Source of the DNA: Actinomycetes bacterium
Lineage (GTDB): Bacteria > Actinomycetota > Humimicrobiia > Humimicrobiales > Humimicrobiaceae
DNA: 64,000 nt
Assembly: GCA_022396035.1 (NCBI GenBank)
Contig: JAIOXO010000001.1
Location: forward strand, 129,769-193,768
Direction of reading: 5' to 3'
This document shows positions 1 to 12,153 of the stretch, piece by piece; position 1 is the stretch's first letter, and the number at the start of each line of letters is the position of its first letter. A program made the position numbers and the translations under genes. The notes below the pieces were generated by a model. The model was not told the DNA's origin. It saw only the letters and a program-made list of their open reading frames with translations, and did not search any database.

Positions 1-1537
1 GGGAAGGCAATCCTTGTATATGAACTTAGCCAGTGGGTGGAAGGTATTGATCCTGGTTGCCACAACCTGGGATATGATACAGTAAAATCCTTTAATGATG
101 ATAGGTTTGCAAGGGCTCTGGACAAATTATATCTAGCAGACCAGGCAACCCTTATGACAGAAATTGTGGTTAAAATGATAAAAAAAGTGGGTCTTGCTAT
201 GGGAAAGGTGCACAATGATTCTACTACAGTAAAAACTTACGGAAAAGTTTCAAGAAAAGCCAAGACAGGCCTAAAGATGACCAATGGAAAGAGCAAAGAA
301 TATAGACCTTATCTAAAACAATTGGTATTTAGATTAACTATACCTCAGACGGGGCAGTTCCCATACACTACAAAACATATCCTGGAAACAGAACTGATGA
401 TACCACCCATATAGAAACCTGGAACTACTTAAAAGCTATTATAGGCAGCAGCAATTTTACCTATGTAGCAGACTGCAAGGTAAGCACCCGGAGGCAGCTC
501 TCCTACATAGTTGAAAATGGGGGAAGGGTAATTACTACTATGCCCAATACCTGGAAAGAAGCAAAGGCCTTCAAAGAAGGCCTATGCTCTTCTAAGATAA
601 AAAGGAAGCTAATCTGGAAGAAAAAAATTGCCAGCACTCAGGAATTTGAATACTATAACCTGTTTTTAGGAGAACATACTACCATAGAGAGTGCTTACAA
701 GATCTACTGGTACTTATTCAGAACAAAGAAAAGGCTTGACCACAACTTAAGGGGTAAAAAGATGGGCAATGCAGAAAAGAAACTTTCAGGCCTTTCTGAA
801 TTGAATAAGAGAAAGTTCAGGGAAGAGGAAAATATAAAAGGTGAAATGGACAGGATATTAAAAACACACAAGGTGGAGGATTTTTTAATTGTAGATATCC
901 TAAAGGAGGAAAATGATGGGGAGAGGCAGGCCAGGGCCTAGTTCAAAATATAAAATACATAAAACAACCCACTACTCCCTATTATGGGAGAAAGACAAAG
1001 AAAGGGTGGCCTGCCAGAAAAAGGTTGACGGGATTTTTCCCTTCTTATTACCGATAGCTTAATTGGCCCCAAAGAGGTGCTTACCTCTTATAGATATCAG
1101 CCTAGGCTGGAGAAAAGATTTAACCAGTTTAACAGTGTACATGAGGCCTCTCCTATACTGTTTAAGAGAATTGAAAGGGTTGAAGGGATAATGTTTCTAT
1201 TCTTTGTACCGCTTAAAATCCAGGGGATAATTGAGAGAAAAGTAAGGCTTTACATGAAGGCAAGAAGCATTAACTCCCTGCTTATCTATCCTTAATACCG
1301 AAAATCTTTTTATCCCACCACTTCCAAGTATTTCTATAACTTTGATGGAATATCTTCGTATAAAATCATAAAAGATTGTAAGCTTGTAACAGAGTTTAAG
1401 AATGAGCTCTCCTCCACCCAGAAGATGATACCTGACCTACTGGATATGGATGAGGACAAATATTGGGAGATGGCAGCAAGTGATATGTGGAAAGAATTAA
1501 TTCAGGATTTTTGCGTTTTTAACTTGCCGAAAGTAAG
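1..1537 (+). pseudogene. IS1634-family transposase remnant, fragmented by stops and frameshifts, truncated at the window edge
   Basis: Consecutive ORF pieces 37-414, 540-941 and 1077-1295 carry IS1634-like motifs NDDRFARALDKLY, HNDSTT, KQLVF and YRYQPRLEKRF. A possible terminal sequence TGCCGAAAGTAAG ends at 1537. Confidence 0.75.
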
Positions 1538-1593
1538 ATATAATATGCATTAAAGTTTTATTTAATTTAAAAATTTTTTTTATTTTAATTTAA

Positions 1594-2400
1594 ATGGATA
1601 ACCAAAAGATAATTGAAGTTAAAAACCTATGCTATAAGTATCTTACCAGCAGAAGATTGGATGGAGGTTTTAGCAGTTACAGGGAAGTTTTAAAAGAAAT
1701 CAATTTTTCTGTCGAAAGGGGAGAAAAATTATCCATAATCGGTCCTAATGGTGCAGGAAAGTCAACTTTAATGCTGAATATTGCCGGTCTTATGGATGGA
1801 AAGTGCCGGTCGGGTGAAATATTTATATATGGCAAGAAATTAAATGAAAAGAATATTTATGATATCAGGGAAAAGATAGGATTTGTATTCCAGGACCCAA
1901 ATGACCAGTTGTTTTCAATAAAAGTTTTTGCTGATGTATCCTTTGGCCTTATAAATTATTTAAATAAAAAGAAAGACAGACGTGCTAAAAACAGGCAGTA
2001 TATAGAGGAAATTGTAAGAATTAGCTTAAGAAAAGTAAATCTGGGGAATATAGAGGATGAGATTCCCCATTTCTTGAGTTTTGGAGAAAAGAAACTTGTT
2101 TCTCTGGCTACAGTGCTATCTTATGATCCCGAAATACTGATTTTAGATGAGCCTTCAAGCAATCTTGACCCCAGAAATAGAGCTAACTTTATAAAGCTAA
2201 TTAAAGAAATGAATAAAACCACAATTATTGCTACCCATGATCTTGATTTGGCTTACGATTTTTCGGATAGGTGCATAATATTAAACCAGGGAGAGGTAGT
2301 ATTTGACGGCGATTCAAAAAAGATTTTAAATGAACGAGATTTTTTAAGGAATAATAGTCTGGATCTACCTTTATGCTTGAGAAAAACCGGCTGTATTTAG
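1594..2400 (+). CDS. Energy-coupling factor ABC transporter ATPase (CbiO/EcfA-like)
   Basis: Walker A GPNGAGKST, Q-loop VFQDPNDQLF, signature LSFGEKK, Walker B ILILDEP, ATHDLD. Confidence 0.9.
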   Translation: MDNQKIIEVKNLCYKYLTSRRLDGGFSSYREVLKEINFSVERGEKLSIIGPNGAGKSTLMLNIAGLMDGKCRSGEIFIYGKKLNEKNIYDIREKIGFVFQDPNDQLFSIKVFADVSFGLINYLNKKKDRRAKNRQYIEEIVRISLRKVNLGNIEDEIPHFLSFGEKKLVSLATVLSYDPEILILDEPSSNLDPRNRANFIKLIKEMNKTTIIATHDLDLAYDFSDRCIILNQGEVVFDGDSKKILNERDFLRNNSLDLPLCLRKTGCI

Positions 2401-2506
2401 TGCCAAAATAAAGATTAACAGGTCTAGCCTTCTATTTTAACAATGATGTCACCTGCTGCTGAGGGTTATTTATGTAACTTGTAGTAAATTTTATAAGATA
2501 CATTTT

Positions 2507-3223
2507 TTAATATGCTTGCCCATTTTTAGCTATAAACAGTTTAAAGACGTCACCTAAAGCCAGGTTTTCTTCCCTTACTATTACCATTCCCACTTTCTTA
2601 ATATTTTGCCCCGTGTCCCTGTTTATGTTTATGCCTGTTAAAAGCCTGGTTATGGGATTAAGCAAATCCTGCAGGAAGGAAGCCAGCCTTCCCTTGCTCC
2701 TAACATGTTCAATCATAACTGCTCTTCCTTCCGGTTTTAACACCCTTTGAATTTCTTTAAGCCCTTTTACCGGATGGGGAACAGAGCAGAAAACAGTGCT
2801 GGTAATAACGTAATCAAAACTCTTAGATTCAAAAGCCAGATTTTCTACATCCATTTCGGCTAAAACAATATTCCTTCTGTTTGAGCCAGCAAGTTTTTTG
2901 CGGGCCCTATCAAGCATTCCTGCCGAAAAATCTATGCCTGTAACCTCTGCATCAGGGTGGTAATAATTAATGTTCTTGCCGGTGCCAATTCCCACATCTA
3001 AAATCTTTCCTGTAAGGGCTGAGAAATATTTTTTCCTCAGCCTAGAATAAAATAAATATTCCAGGGGAAATTCTACAAAGTCATAGAATCTTGCATTACG
3101 GTTATATTTTTTTTGTGATTTTAAAGCTTGCTCCACTTCATTCAACCTAAAACCCCTATAGCCATGCCCATTATAAATATGCTTTAACCCCAAGCCCATA
3201 TCCAATAGAGATAAATATTCCAC
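2507..3223 (-). CDS. Class I SAM-dependent methyltransferase (true start probably GTG at 3136)
   Basis: Motif I ILDVGIGTG, VTGIDFS, FCSVPHP, RVLKPEG. Confidence 0.85.
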   Translation of the reverse strand: MEYLSLLDMGLGLKHIYNGHGYRGFRLNEVEQALKSQKKYNRNARFYDFVEFPLEYLFYSRLRKKYFSALTGKILDVGIGTGKNINYYHPDAEVTGIDFSAGMLDRARKKLAGSNRRNIVLAEMDVENLAFESKSFDYVITSTVFCSVPHPVKGLKEIQRVLKPEGRAVMIEHVRSKGRLASFLQDLLNPITRLLTGININRDTGQNIKKVGMVIVREENLALGDVFKLFIAKNGQAY

Positions 3224-3263
3224 GTCTTTAAACGCCTGTCTAATAACTTCCCCGGGCTTGCTT

Positions 3264-4082
3264 TTATTTATTAACCAGTTTATTCATGCTTCCCATACGG
3301 TAGCCATCAATATCCAGGGTTACATAAAGGTAGCCCTGATTCTTAAACTCACGTATTACATCTTCTGTTAAACTTCTATCTAAAAACTTTCCCAGTTCTT
3401 TTGACTGCACTTCTATCCTCGCTATACTGCCATGGTGCCTCACCCTTACTTGGGTAAATCCTTTATCTAACAGGAATGTTTCCAGTTTATCAATAATCCT
3501 TAACAGACGTTCGGTTATTTTGGTCCCGTAAGCTATCCTGCTTGCAAGGCAAGCAGAAGAAGGTCTGTCCCAGCCAGCAAGCCCCGTTTGCCTGGATAAA
3601 ATTCTTATCTCCTGTTTGCTTAGGTGGCAATATTTTAGAGGGCTCCTTACCCCCAATTGCTGGGCAGCCTTAGTGCCAGGCCTGTAATCTGAAATATCGT
3701 CCCAATTCTGCCCGTCCAGAACATTAGATATATTGTATTTCTTAGCTATTTCAATTATCTTCCCAAGCTCCCCGATTTTGCAGTAATAGCACCTTAGACG
3801 GTCATTATTTACAAAATTTGGGCCTTCAAGCCCGCTTTCTACCACCACATGCCTTACATGGTGTTTTTCTACAAATTCTGAGGCCCTATCCATATCCCTC
3901 CGGGGAGAAGAAGGAGATTTTAAGGTAATAGCCAAAACTTTTTTGCCCAAAACATCCGATGCTACTTTTACCAGGAAAGAGCTGTCTACCCCTCCAGAAA
4001 AGGCGACTGCCGCCCTTTCCATGGCTTTAAGCTCTGCTTTTAGCTTTAGAAATTTTTCCTCCGTAGTCTGCCTATCAGGCAC
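3264..4082 (-). CDS. larE: ATP-dependent sulfur transferase, LarE family
   Basis: PP-loop AFSGGVDS, RCYYCK, DYRPG, SACLASRI, QVRVRHH, GYRMGSMN. Confidence 0.9.
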   Translation of the reverse strand: MPDRQTTEEKFLKLKAELKAMERAAVAFSGGVDSSFLVKVASDVLGKKVLAITLKSPSSPRRDMDRASEFVEKHHVRHVVVESGLEGPNFVNNDRLRCYYCKIGELGKIIEIAKKYNISNVLDGQNWDDISDYRPGTKAAQQLGVRSPLKYCHLSKQEIRILSRQTGLAGWDRPSSACLASRIAYGTKITERLLRIIDKLETFLLDKGFTQVRVRHHGSIARIEVQSKELGKFLDRSLTEDVIREFKNQGYLYVTLDIDGYRMGSMNKLVNK

Positions 4083-4100
4083 TTTTATCCGCCTTCCCTC

Positions 4101-5237
4101 CTATGTTAAAGCCCCCCTTATATCATTCTTTAAGTCTACCTTATTCTCTATTCCCACCGAAAGCCTTACCAGGTTATCATTAATTTGCCTTTCTTTTCTC
4201 TGGGCTGCTGAAAAAGCTGCATGGGTCATCCTGGGAGGATAGCATACCAGGGACTCTACTCCCCCTAAACTTTCTGCCAGCAGGAAAAGCTTAAGTTTTG
4301 ATATAAAGCTTTTTACTTCCTGGTACCCCCCTTTAAGCTCCAGGCTTATCATTGCCCCAAAGCCGCTCATCTGCCTGGAAGCAATATCATAATACCTGCT
4401 TTCAGGCAGCCCAGGATAGTATAATTTTTCTACTTTGGGATGCCTGTTAAGGTAATCTGCCAGGTACAGGGCATTTTTTTCATGCTCCCTCATCCTCACT
4501 GCCAGTGTTTTTATTCCCCTAATTGCCAGCCAGCAATCCCAGGGCCCGGGGATTGCACCAGCCGCATTCTGGTAAAACTTTAAGCGATTATGAATTCCCC
4601 TGTCTGAGGTAACTACTGCGCCTCCTACAATATCGCTATGACCGGATAAGTATTTAGTGGTGCTGTGCACCACTATATCTGCTCCCAAGGCCAATGGCTT
4701 CTGGAAATAAGGGGTGGCAAAGGTATTATCCACTGCCAGCATAATTTTTTTATCCCTGGCCAGGGTAGACAGCTTGCAGAGGTCGACTATCTTTAGCAGG
4801 GGATTAGTAGGAGTCTCCACCCAGATAAGCCTGGTATTTTTTTTCAGAGCTTTTTTAAAGCTTCCCATATCATCTACATTAGCATAGCTGGCCTTAAGAC
4901 CCCAGGGTGCAAAAACTTTTTCTATCAGGCGGTAGGTCCCCCCATATATGTCATCACCCACTACCACATGGTCCCCTGTTGAGAGCAAGCTGAACACGGC
5001 AGCTGTAGCCGCTACGCCCGAAGAGAAAGCAAGTCCATATTTTCCGCCCTCCAGTGAAGCCACCAGTTTTTGCAGTATATCTCTGGTGGGGTTACCGGTC
5101 CGCGAGTATTCATATCCCTTGTGTTTGCCAATTTCTTCCTGCTGGTAAGTAGAAGTCTGGTACACAGGGGTAGTCACCGCCCCTGTCAGAGGGTCAGGCT
5201 GCTGGCTGGAATGTATGGCTTTGGTCTCAAATTTCAT
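4101..5237 (-). CDS. Cystathionine gamma-lyase/synthase family PLP enzyme
   Basis: YEYSRTGNPT, ETPTNP, VDNTFATP, HSTTKYLSGH (PLP Lys), AESLGGVESL, RLSVGIE. Confidence 0.92.
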   Translation of the reverse strand: MKFETKAIHSSQQPDPLTGAVTTPVYQTSTYQQEEIGKHKGYEYSRTGNPTRDILQKLVASLEGGKYGLAFSSGVAATAAVFSLLSTGDHVVVGDDIYGGTYRLIEKVFAPWGLKASYANVDDMGSFKKALKKNTRLIWVETPTNPLLKIVDLCKLSTLARDKKIMLAVDNTFATPYFQKPLALGADIVVHSTTKYLSGHSDIVGGAVVTSDRGIHNRLKFYQNAAGAIPGPWDCWLAIRGIKTLAVRMREHEKNALYLADYLNRHPKVEKLYYPGLPESRYYDIASRQMSGFGAMISLELKGGYQEVKSFISKLKLFLLAESLGGVESLVCYPPRMTHAAFSAAQRKERQINDNLVRLSVGIENKVDLKNDIRGALT

Positions 5238-6597
5238 GGTTTCTCCTGTAAGACCAGTAGTTTATCAAATCAACCCTGGTAATTACCCCCACCGGGTTAT
5301 GGTTGCTGGCAACCACTATGGCAGTGTTGCCGGATAAAAGAATCCTGTAGGCTTCCAGCATATCAACATCCTGTTCCAGCATGGGAAGTGGACTTCCCAT
5401 AACTGAAGAAGCCTTTATATTCTCAAAATCTGTGCCATCATGCAATAACTTCATAACAGAAGCCTCATCCAAGCCTCCTGCCACCTGCTTCCCATCTATA
5501 ACCGGAAGCTGGGATATATTAAACTTTTGCATAAGCTTTACCGCTTTAGCCAGTGTATTCTGCGGGGTAACCGCTATTAATGCAGGAAAATTCCTCTTGT
5601 GGCCCATAACTTCCTTAATCCTGGTTGTTCTTGCCGCTTTACCCTCCCAAAACTCATTTTCCTTCATCCATTGGTCAGAAAAAATCTTTGTTAAATAGTT
5701 CCTTCCTGTATCCGGCAAAAGCACTACTATGTATTTGGGGTTTTTTAACCTACGGGCATAGCTTAAGGCACCTGCAACAGCAGTGCCTGATGACCCCCCT
5801 ACCAGCAAACCTTCTTCCCTGGCAAGGCGGCGAGCGGTATTAAAAGAATTTTTATCGCTAACCCTTACCATATGGTCAACTAATTGCCGGTTAAAGGTTT
5901 TAGGTATAAAATCCTCCCCTATCCCCTCTACCATGTATGACTTGGGGCTGTCACCGGAAAGTATGGAGCCTTCCGGATCCGCGCCTACAATCTCTATATC
6001 CGGATTTTTCTCTTTTAAGTATGCCGATACACCCGAAATAGTTCCCCCTGTACCCATGCCAGCCACGAATATCTCTACCTTTCCGGCAGAATCTTCCCAT
6101 ATTTCCGGCCCGGTAGTAAGATAATGTGCCCGGGGATTATTAGGGTTTTCAAACTGGTGGGGGCGGTATGCTCCCGGAAGCTCTTTGGCTAGCCTTCCTG
6201 CTACCCCGTTATAGCTTTCAGGAGAGTCCGGGGGAACCGAGGTGGGGACAATAACCACCTCTGCCCCATAACTTCTTAGCAGGCTGATTTTATCTCCGCT
6301 CATCTTATCAGGCATTACAAAAATGGTCCTATACCCTTTAATGGCTGCCGCCATAGCCAAGCCAACTCCGGTATTTCCTGCTGTAGCTTCAACAATGGTG
6401 CCTCCCGGCTTAAGGTGCCCATCTTTTTCTGCTGCTTCTATCATCTGCAGCGCTATCCTGTCTTTTACGCTTCCTCCCGGGTTAAGTGACTCAAGCTTTA
6501 CATATATGGTTGATTTTATGTTTTCTGTTATCCGGTTAAGCTTAACCAGGGGAGTTCTGCCGATTGCTTCAAGCACATTATTAAATTCTTTTCTCAT
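5227..6597 (-). CDS. Cystathionine beta-synthase with C-terminal CBS domains
   Basis: NPGGSVKDR, TAGNTG, GMGTGGT, EGIG, followed by a C-terminal CBS pair (ISQLPV ... GVITRVDL). Confidence 0.92.
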   Translation of the reverse strand: MRKEFNNVLEAIGRTPLVKLNRITENIKSTIYVKLESLNPGGSVKDRIALQMIEAAEKDGHLKPGGTIVEATAGNTGVGLAMAAAIKGYRTIFVMPDKMSGDKISLLRSYGAEVVIVPTSVPPDSPESYNGVAGRLAKELPGAYRPHQFENPNNPRAHYLTTGPEIWEDSAGKVEIFVAGMGTGGTISGVSAYLKEKNPDIEIVGADPEGSILSGDSPKSYMVEGIGEDFIPKTFNRQLVDHMVRVSDKNSFNTARRLAREEGLLVGGSSGTAVAGALSYARRLKNPKYIVVLLPDTGRNYLTKIFSDQWMKENEFWEGKAARTTRIKEVMGHKRNFPALIAVTPQNTLAKAVKLMQKFNISQLPVIDGKQVAGGLDEASVMKLLHDGTDFENIKASSVMGSPLPMLEQDVDMLEAYRILLSGNTAIVVASNHNPVGVITRVDLINYWSYRRNHEI

Positions 6598-7739
6598 GCC
6601 TCTTCTCCCCGCAGCCTTAAGGCATCATGCAAAAGGCTGTTTCCGTCACACTTGTAACAGTGGTTTTCATCTCCCCGGGGAATGCCAGAACTTTCTACAA
6701 TGTCCGCAGCTTCCAGGATTGTTTCCACAAACCATCTGCCTGCCGGGGGGCGGTGGCCTTCAAATCCTGACCCGGGATTGGGTGACCATACAAAAGGAAC
6801 CACATTAGCCCCCAGGCTGGTAACCGCCCTGACTCCTTCCAAAAATGTTTTTTTGGTCTCAATCCCCATAACAAATACGCCATATACGTTTCCTTCGCCA
6901 AATATTTTAACCGCAGCCCTTATGGACCTTAGAAAATCCTGGTGGCTGGTGCTTCCGGACTTGCCGGGACAGATTGCCTTATACAAAGCCTGGTCCCATA
7001 TTTCCATGGAAAAGCCAATTGACTCTATGCCGGTATCATAATACCTTTTTATTTCGTCCTCTCCCCGCGGTGGAGAGGGAAGTATTGTCCCCGGCACCCG
7101 GTCAAAACCAGTATGTTTTTTAATAGAATTTACAATTGCAGAAACCATCTCAATTTCTTTCTGGTGGCTAAAGCACCCTCCTGTGAGCAGGACATGCTTT
7201 ACCATGCCTTCTGAGAAGGCTTCCCGGGCTACTTCACCTATATCTTTTATATCTTTTTTCTTTAGCACAGCCTTATAAGTCCTAAAAGTTGAATTAAGGT
7301 TGCAAAAAAGGCATTGCTTGCCCTTGGCAAAATGACTGCAATAGTTCTGGTAACAGAAAAAAAGGCAATCCTGGCCGCCAATTTGCCCAATTTTAACCAT
7401 TTTCTGGTTGCTGCCGGTTTTCTTGCTGTAATATTTAGGCCTTAAAATCCATTCCAGCCTGCATATATCTTTTCCCCTGTAGCTAAGCATTAGCCCCTCC
7501 GTTGTTAAATCAGCCTTATACGGGGAGGCGCTGTTTTTTCTAAATTGGACAGTGGTGCCGTCAGGCAGCACAAAATCATCGGGAAGCAGCATCTGGGCAT
7601 GGTCTTCAAAATCCCACCCGAAAAGACCGTGGTTTTGCTCCTTATATATTTCACCCACCCCTTCAAGGGCCTGGGGAGTAGCCTGTATTCCCTCCACCAG
7701 CAACTCCGCCTTAATGTTTAAATACTTATACTTATCCAT
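6594..7739 (-). CDS. Radical SAM protein of unknown function with a CX8CX2C cluster motif
   Basis: CSHFAKGKQCLFC, LLTGG, SMEIWD, ICPGKS and C-terminal CYKC. The stop codon overlaps the CBS start (ATGA). Confidence 0.8.
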   Translation of the reverse strand: MDKYKYLNIKAELLVEGIQATPQALEGVGEIYKEQNHGLFGWDFEDHAQMLLPDDFVLPDGTTVQFRKNSASPYKADLTTEGLMLSYRGKDICRLEWILRPKYYSKKTGSNQKMVKIGQIGGQDCLFFCYQNYCSHFAKGKQCLFCNLNSTFRTYKAVLKKKDIKDIGEVAREAFSEGMVKHVLLTGGCFSHQKEIEMVSAIVNSIKKHTGFDRVPGTILPSPPRGEDEIKRYYDTGIESIGFSMEIWDQALYKAICPGKSGSTSHQDFLRSIRAAVKIFGEGNVYGVFVMGIETKKTFLEGVRAVTSLGANVVPFVWSPNPGSGFEGHRPPAGRWFVETILEAADIVESSGIPRGDENHCYKCDGNSLLHDALRLRGEEA

Positions 7740-7765
7740 CTTATATGCCTCCAGGTTAAATTTGG

Positions 7766-9570
<1,805 letters not shown>

Positions 9571-9621
9571 AGTACTTCTTATAACACTACTATTCTTATT
9601 ATTTCAATATGTTTAGTAAGG

Positions 9622-9649
9622 ATTATAATAGTTTAAAATACAATGTCAA
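9622..9649 (-). promoter_or_regulatory. Sigma70-type promoter of the Rrf2-sulfur operon
   Basis: Minus strand reads TTGACA-N16-TATAAT, about 50 nt upstream of the Rrf2 start. Confidence 0.7.
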
Positions 9650-9894
9650 GAAAAATAGGCAATTCTACCGTCTATGCCCTTTATATTTGGTATATTATGC
9701 CAGTATCAATTAATTTCTTTTTTAGATGCTTGCAGCCACCTGTAGCCGGGTAAGCCTAAAGATTAACTGCAGGTTTTAACCGGCAAGTCTTCTTTCTACA
9801 AATTCATACTCTTTTCGTTACTGGGGGATAAACGGGTGGGTAACCTTAAATGTTTTTCTACCGGTGCCACACGGTGTAGTTGAGAACCTATGTG

Positions 9895-10397
9895 AAAGGG
9901 AAAATTGAGAGGCCTTACAGGTGGATACAGGACAGGATTGTAAAGACCTGTGCCCGGGAAGGAATAAGTGATATTACAGGTGCCCAGAGAGTTTCTAAAA
10001 AAAGAGATATCAAGGTATAACTACAGGCAGGTCCATTCCACTACCGGCGAGATTCCTTATCTAAGATTTCGAAGAGCACTTGAGGAAAAAGTCTCCCTTT
10101 TCAGGGAATTTTGTCTTATGTCCCCGCGCATAAGTCCACAAAAGATATCTTTGCACTCAGGCTTGACAGGATTATTGGTCCCTACAGAAAGATATCCATA
10201 AATAATCTTGAAATTGCCGTAAACGGCAAGCCTAGGCACTCTGTAAATGGACGTATCTATCCACTTAATACCCAGTTCTCCGAACTGAGGTTCTGGTCGG
10301 ATAAAGAGCTTATCGACGTTAAAAAGATCAAAAATAGTGACCTAAAAGCGGTTCACTTTTAAATCATAAAGTGTTCACTTTTAAAAAATTGCTAACA
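9895..10397 (+). pseudogene. 3' half of an IS481/ISNCY-like transposase with right end
   Basis: Translates KGKIERPYRWIQDRIVKTCAREG, then after frameshifts YNYRQVHSTTGEIP and KDIFALRLDR. A GTTCACTTTTAA repeat occurs at 10351 and 10373, and the element ends in ...ACA. Confidence 0.65.
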
Positions 10398-10535
10398 TGC
10401 TTAATTCTTCTATTCTATTTGTGTAAATTAAATATCCCTAAAATATTACTGATAGTATAAACTCAAAAAAAATTTATTGACTTTGAGAAAAATCTAAAAT
10501 CCATGCCATAGTGTATAGAAACAACCACCGCTACC

Positions 10536-10724
10536 ATGGCCTTGAAAATCTTTCCAATATGTTTGGGGAAACTAAGAAAACTCACCTTGCGGAATACCAA
10601 GATTAATCCAGTTGATTACAAAATCCTTTCCAACTACCTTGACCCAATAGACGAGATAGACAAAAAAATAAAGGATATTGACCGTTTAAAAGCATTGTGG
10701 CTTATAAAAGCCAAGATACAGTAG
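10536..10724 (+). pseudogene. Possible transposase fragment (IS110-like helical segment)
   Basis: LSNYLDPIDEIDKKIKDID resembles the IS110 coiled-coil region; the match is weak. Confidence 0.3.
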
Positions 10725-10940
10725 TTTTAAAGCATTTATTATCTTTTGCTTCTAAATATTACCCCCACTTATAATAGAATCCGCAAGACATCTATAAACT
10801 TATTTATATAAGAACTAAATTTATCATTAAATCTTTTCTGGTATATTACTAAAGACACCCTTTAATCGATAATGCAAAAGTAAAAAAATCTCAAACAAGA
10901 GCATAATCCTATTTATTTATCCATATGAACCTTTTATAAA

Positions 10941-11768
10941 TTAATTCTTTTCAACTACCTCTTTGGGATTGCTAAAATAAAATTTTTTAATAAGCAATGA
11001 AACTACCAATATATATATTACATACCCTGCTGTTTCTAATAAAGAAGGGGAAGGATTATATCCAAAAAGTGACCTTAATATTCCACCAAAGATGCTCTCC
11101 TTACTCAAAACATTTCCGATATCGTAAATATTATCTTTTATTACTGGCATAATCCCAGCTTCCTGGAATTCATGTATGGCTGTAGAAAAAAGGCCCGTAG
11201 CAATTAGCATTACTAATATACCAGTAATTTTAAAGAATGCCCCCAGGTTTACTTTCCTTGTAGACAAGAAAAATATTATTGCCAAAATAATTGAGGACAA
11301 AATTCCAGCAGTTCCCCCTAATATAAGTTCAAAAGAATTTACCTGGTAACTGATAGCCCTAAAAAATAAAACAGTCTCTGCCCCTTCTCTGAATACCACA
11401 ATAAAACCTAAGAAAAAAAGGCTAAATATCCTCCCTTTATCTATTGCTTTTCCTACAGATGCTTCAATATTACCTCTAATGCTTTTGGCTTGTTTATTCA
11501 TCCAAAATATCATATAGGTCAATACTACTACTGCTAGCATCATTACTATGCCCTCAAAGACCTCTTCAACCTTTCCTTCAAATCCCCCCAGCAGGACTTG
11601 AAATATATAGGCAAGCCCTATGCTTAAGACAACTGCTAAGACCGCTCCGTAGATTACATGTTTAACATATTTTTTCTCCCCGATTTTTGTCAGATAACTA
11701 ATTATAATTCCTATGACTAAAAAGGCCTCAAGGCCTTCTCTGAACGCTATAAAAAAACTTGATAACAT
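10941..11768 (-). CDS. FTR1/EfeU-family iron permease
   Basis: Two REGxE motifs (FREGLE, FREGAE), HEFQEAG, multiple TM segments. Confidence 0.92.
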   Translation of the reverse strand: MLSSFFIAFREGLEAFLVIGIIISYLTKIGEKKYVKHVIYGAVLAVVLSIGLAYIFQVLLGGFEGKVEEVFEGIVMMLAVVVLTYMIFWMNKQAKSIRGNIEASVGKAIDKGRIFSLFFLGFIVVFREGAETVLFFRAISYQVNSFELILGGTAGILSSIILAIIFFLSTRKVNLGAFFKITGILVMLIATGLFSTAIHEFQEAGIMPVIKDNIYDIGNVLSKESIFGGILRSLFGYNPSPSLLETAGYVIYILVVSLLIKKFYFSNPKEVVEKN

Positions 11769-11793
11769 TTTTATTTCCTCCTAATTATAAAAT

Positions 11794-11812
11794 TTAGGTT
11801 TGCCTAACTTTA
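11794..11812. promoter_or_regulatory. DtxR/IdeR-type iron box overlapping the FTR1 promoter
   Basis: TTAGGTTTGCCTAACTTTA matches 16/19 to the DtxR consensus TTAGGTTAGCCTAACCTAA. It overlaps the -10 of a minus-strand TTGACA-N17-TAAAGT. Confidence 0.75.
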
Positions 11813-12153
11813 TTATAATAAGCCTGCATTGTCAAATATTATTTTGGGAGTGTCATTTAAAAATTATCTATGAAAATATCTGTCAATAACATTTATTAAA
11901 TATAGAGCTTTAAGCGCTATAAAGTTTATATCCGGCAAAAGCTTTATGTACCTACAATTTATTTACCCTAATTCTTTTTGCCAAGTCCATAATACCCCTT
12001 TTCCCCTATTTGTGCTTCTTCTGTTTTTCGACCTTTACCTAAAAAAAGGCGGACTGATTACTTTGTAGCCCTAATACTGTACACTTCCCTGATCTTAATT
12101 TACGCCTTTGATTTTATAAGGACAGGTTATGTTGATATAGCCGCCTCTTTTTT

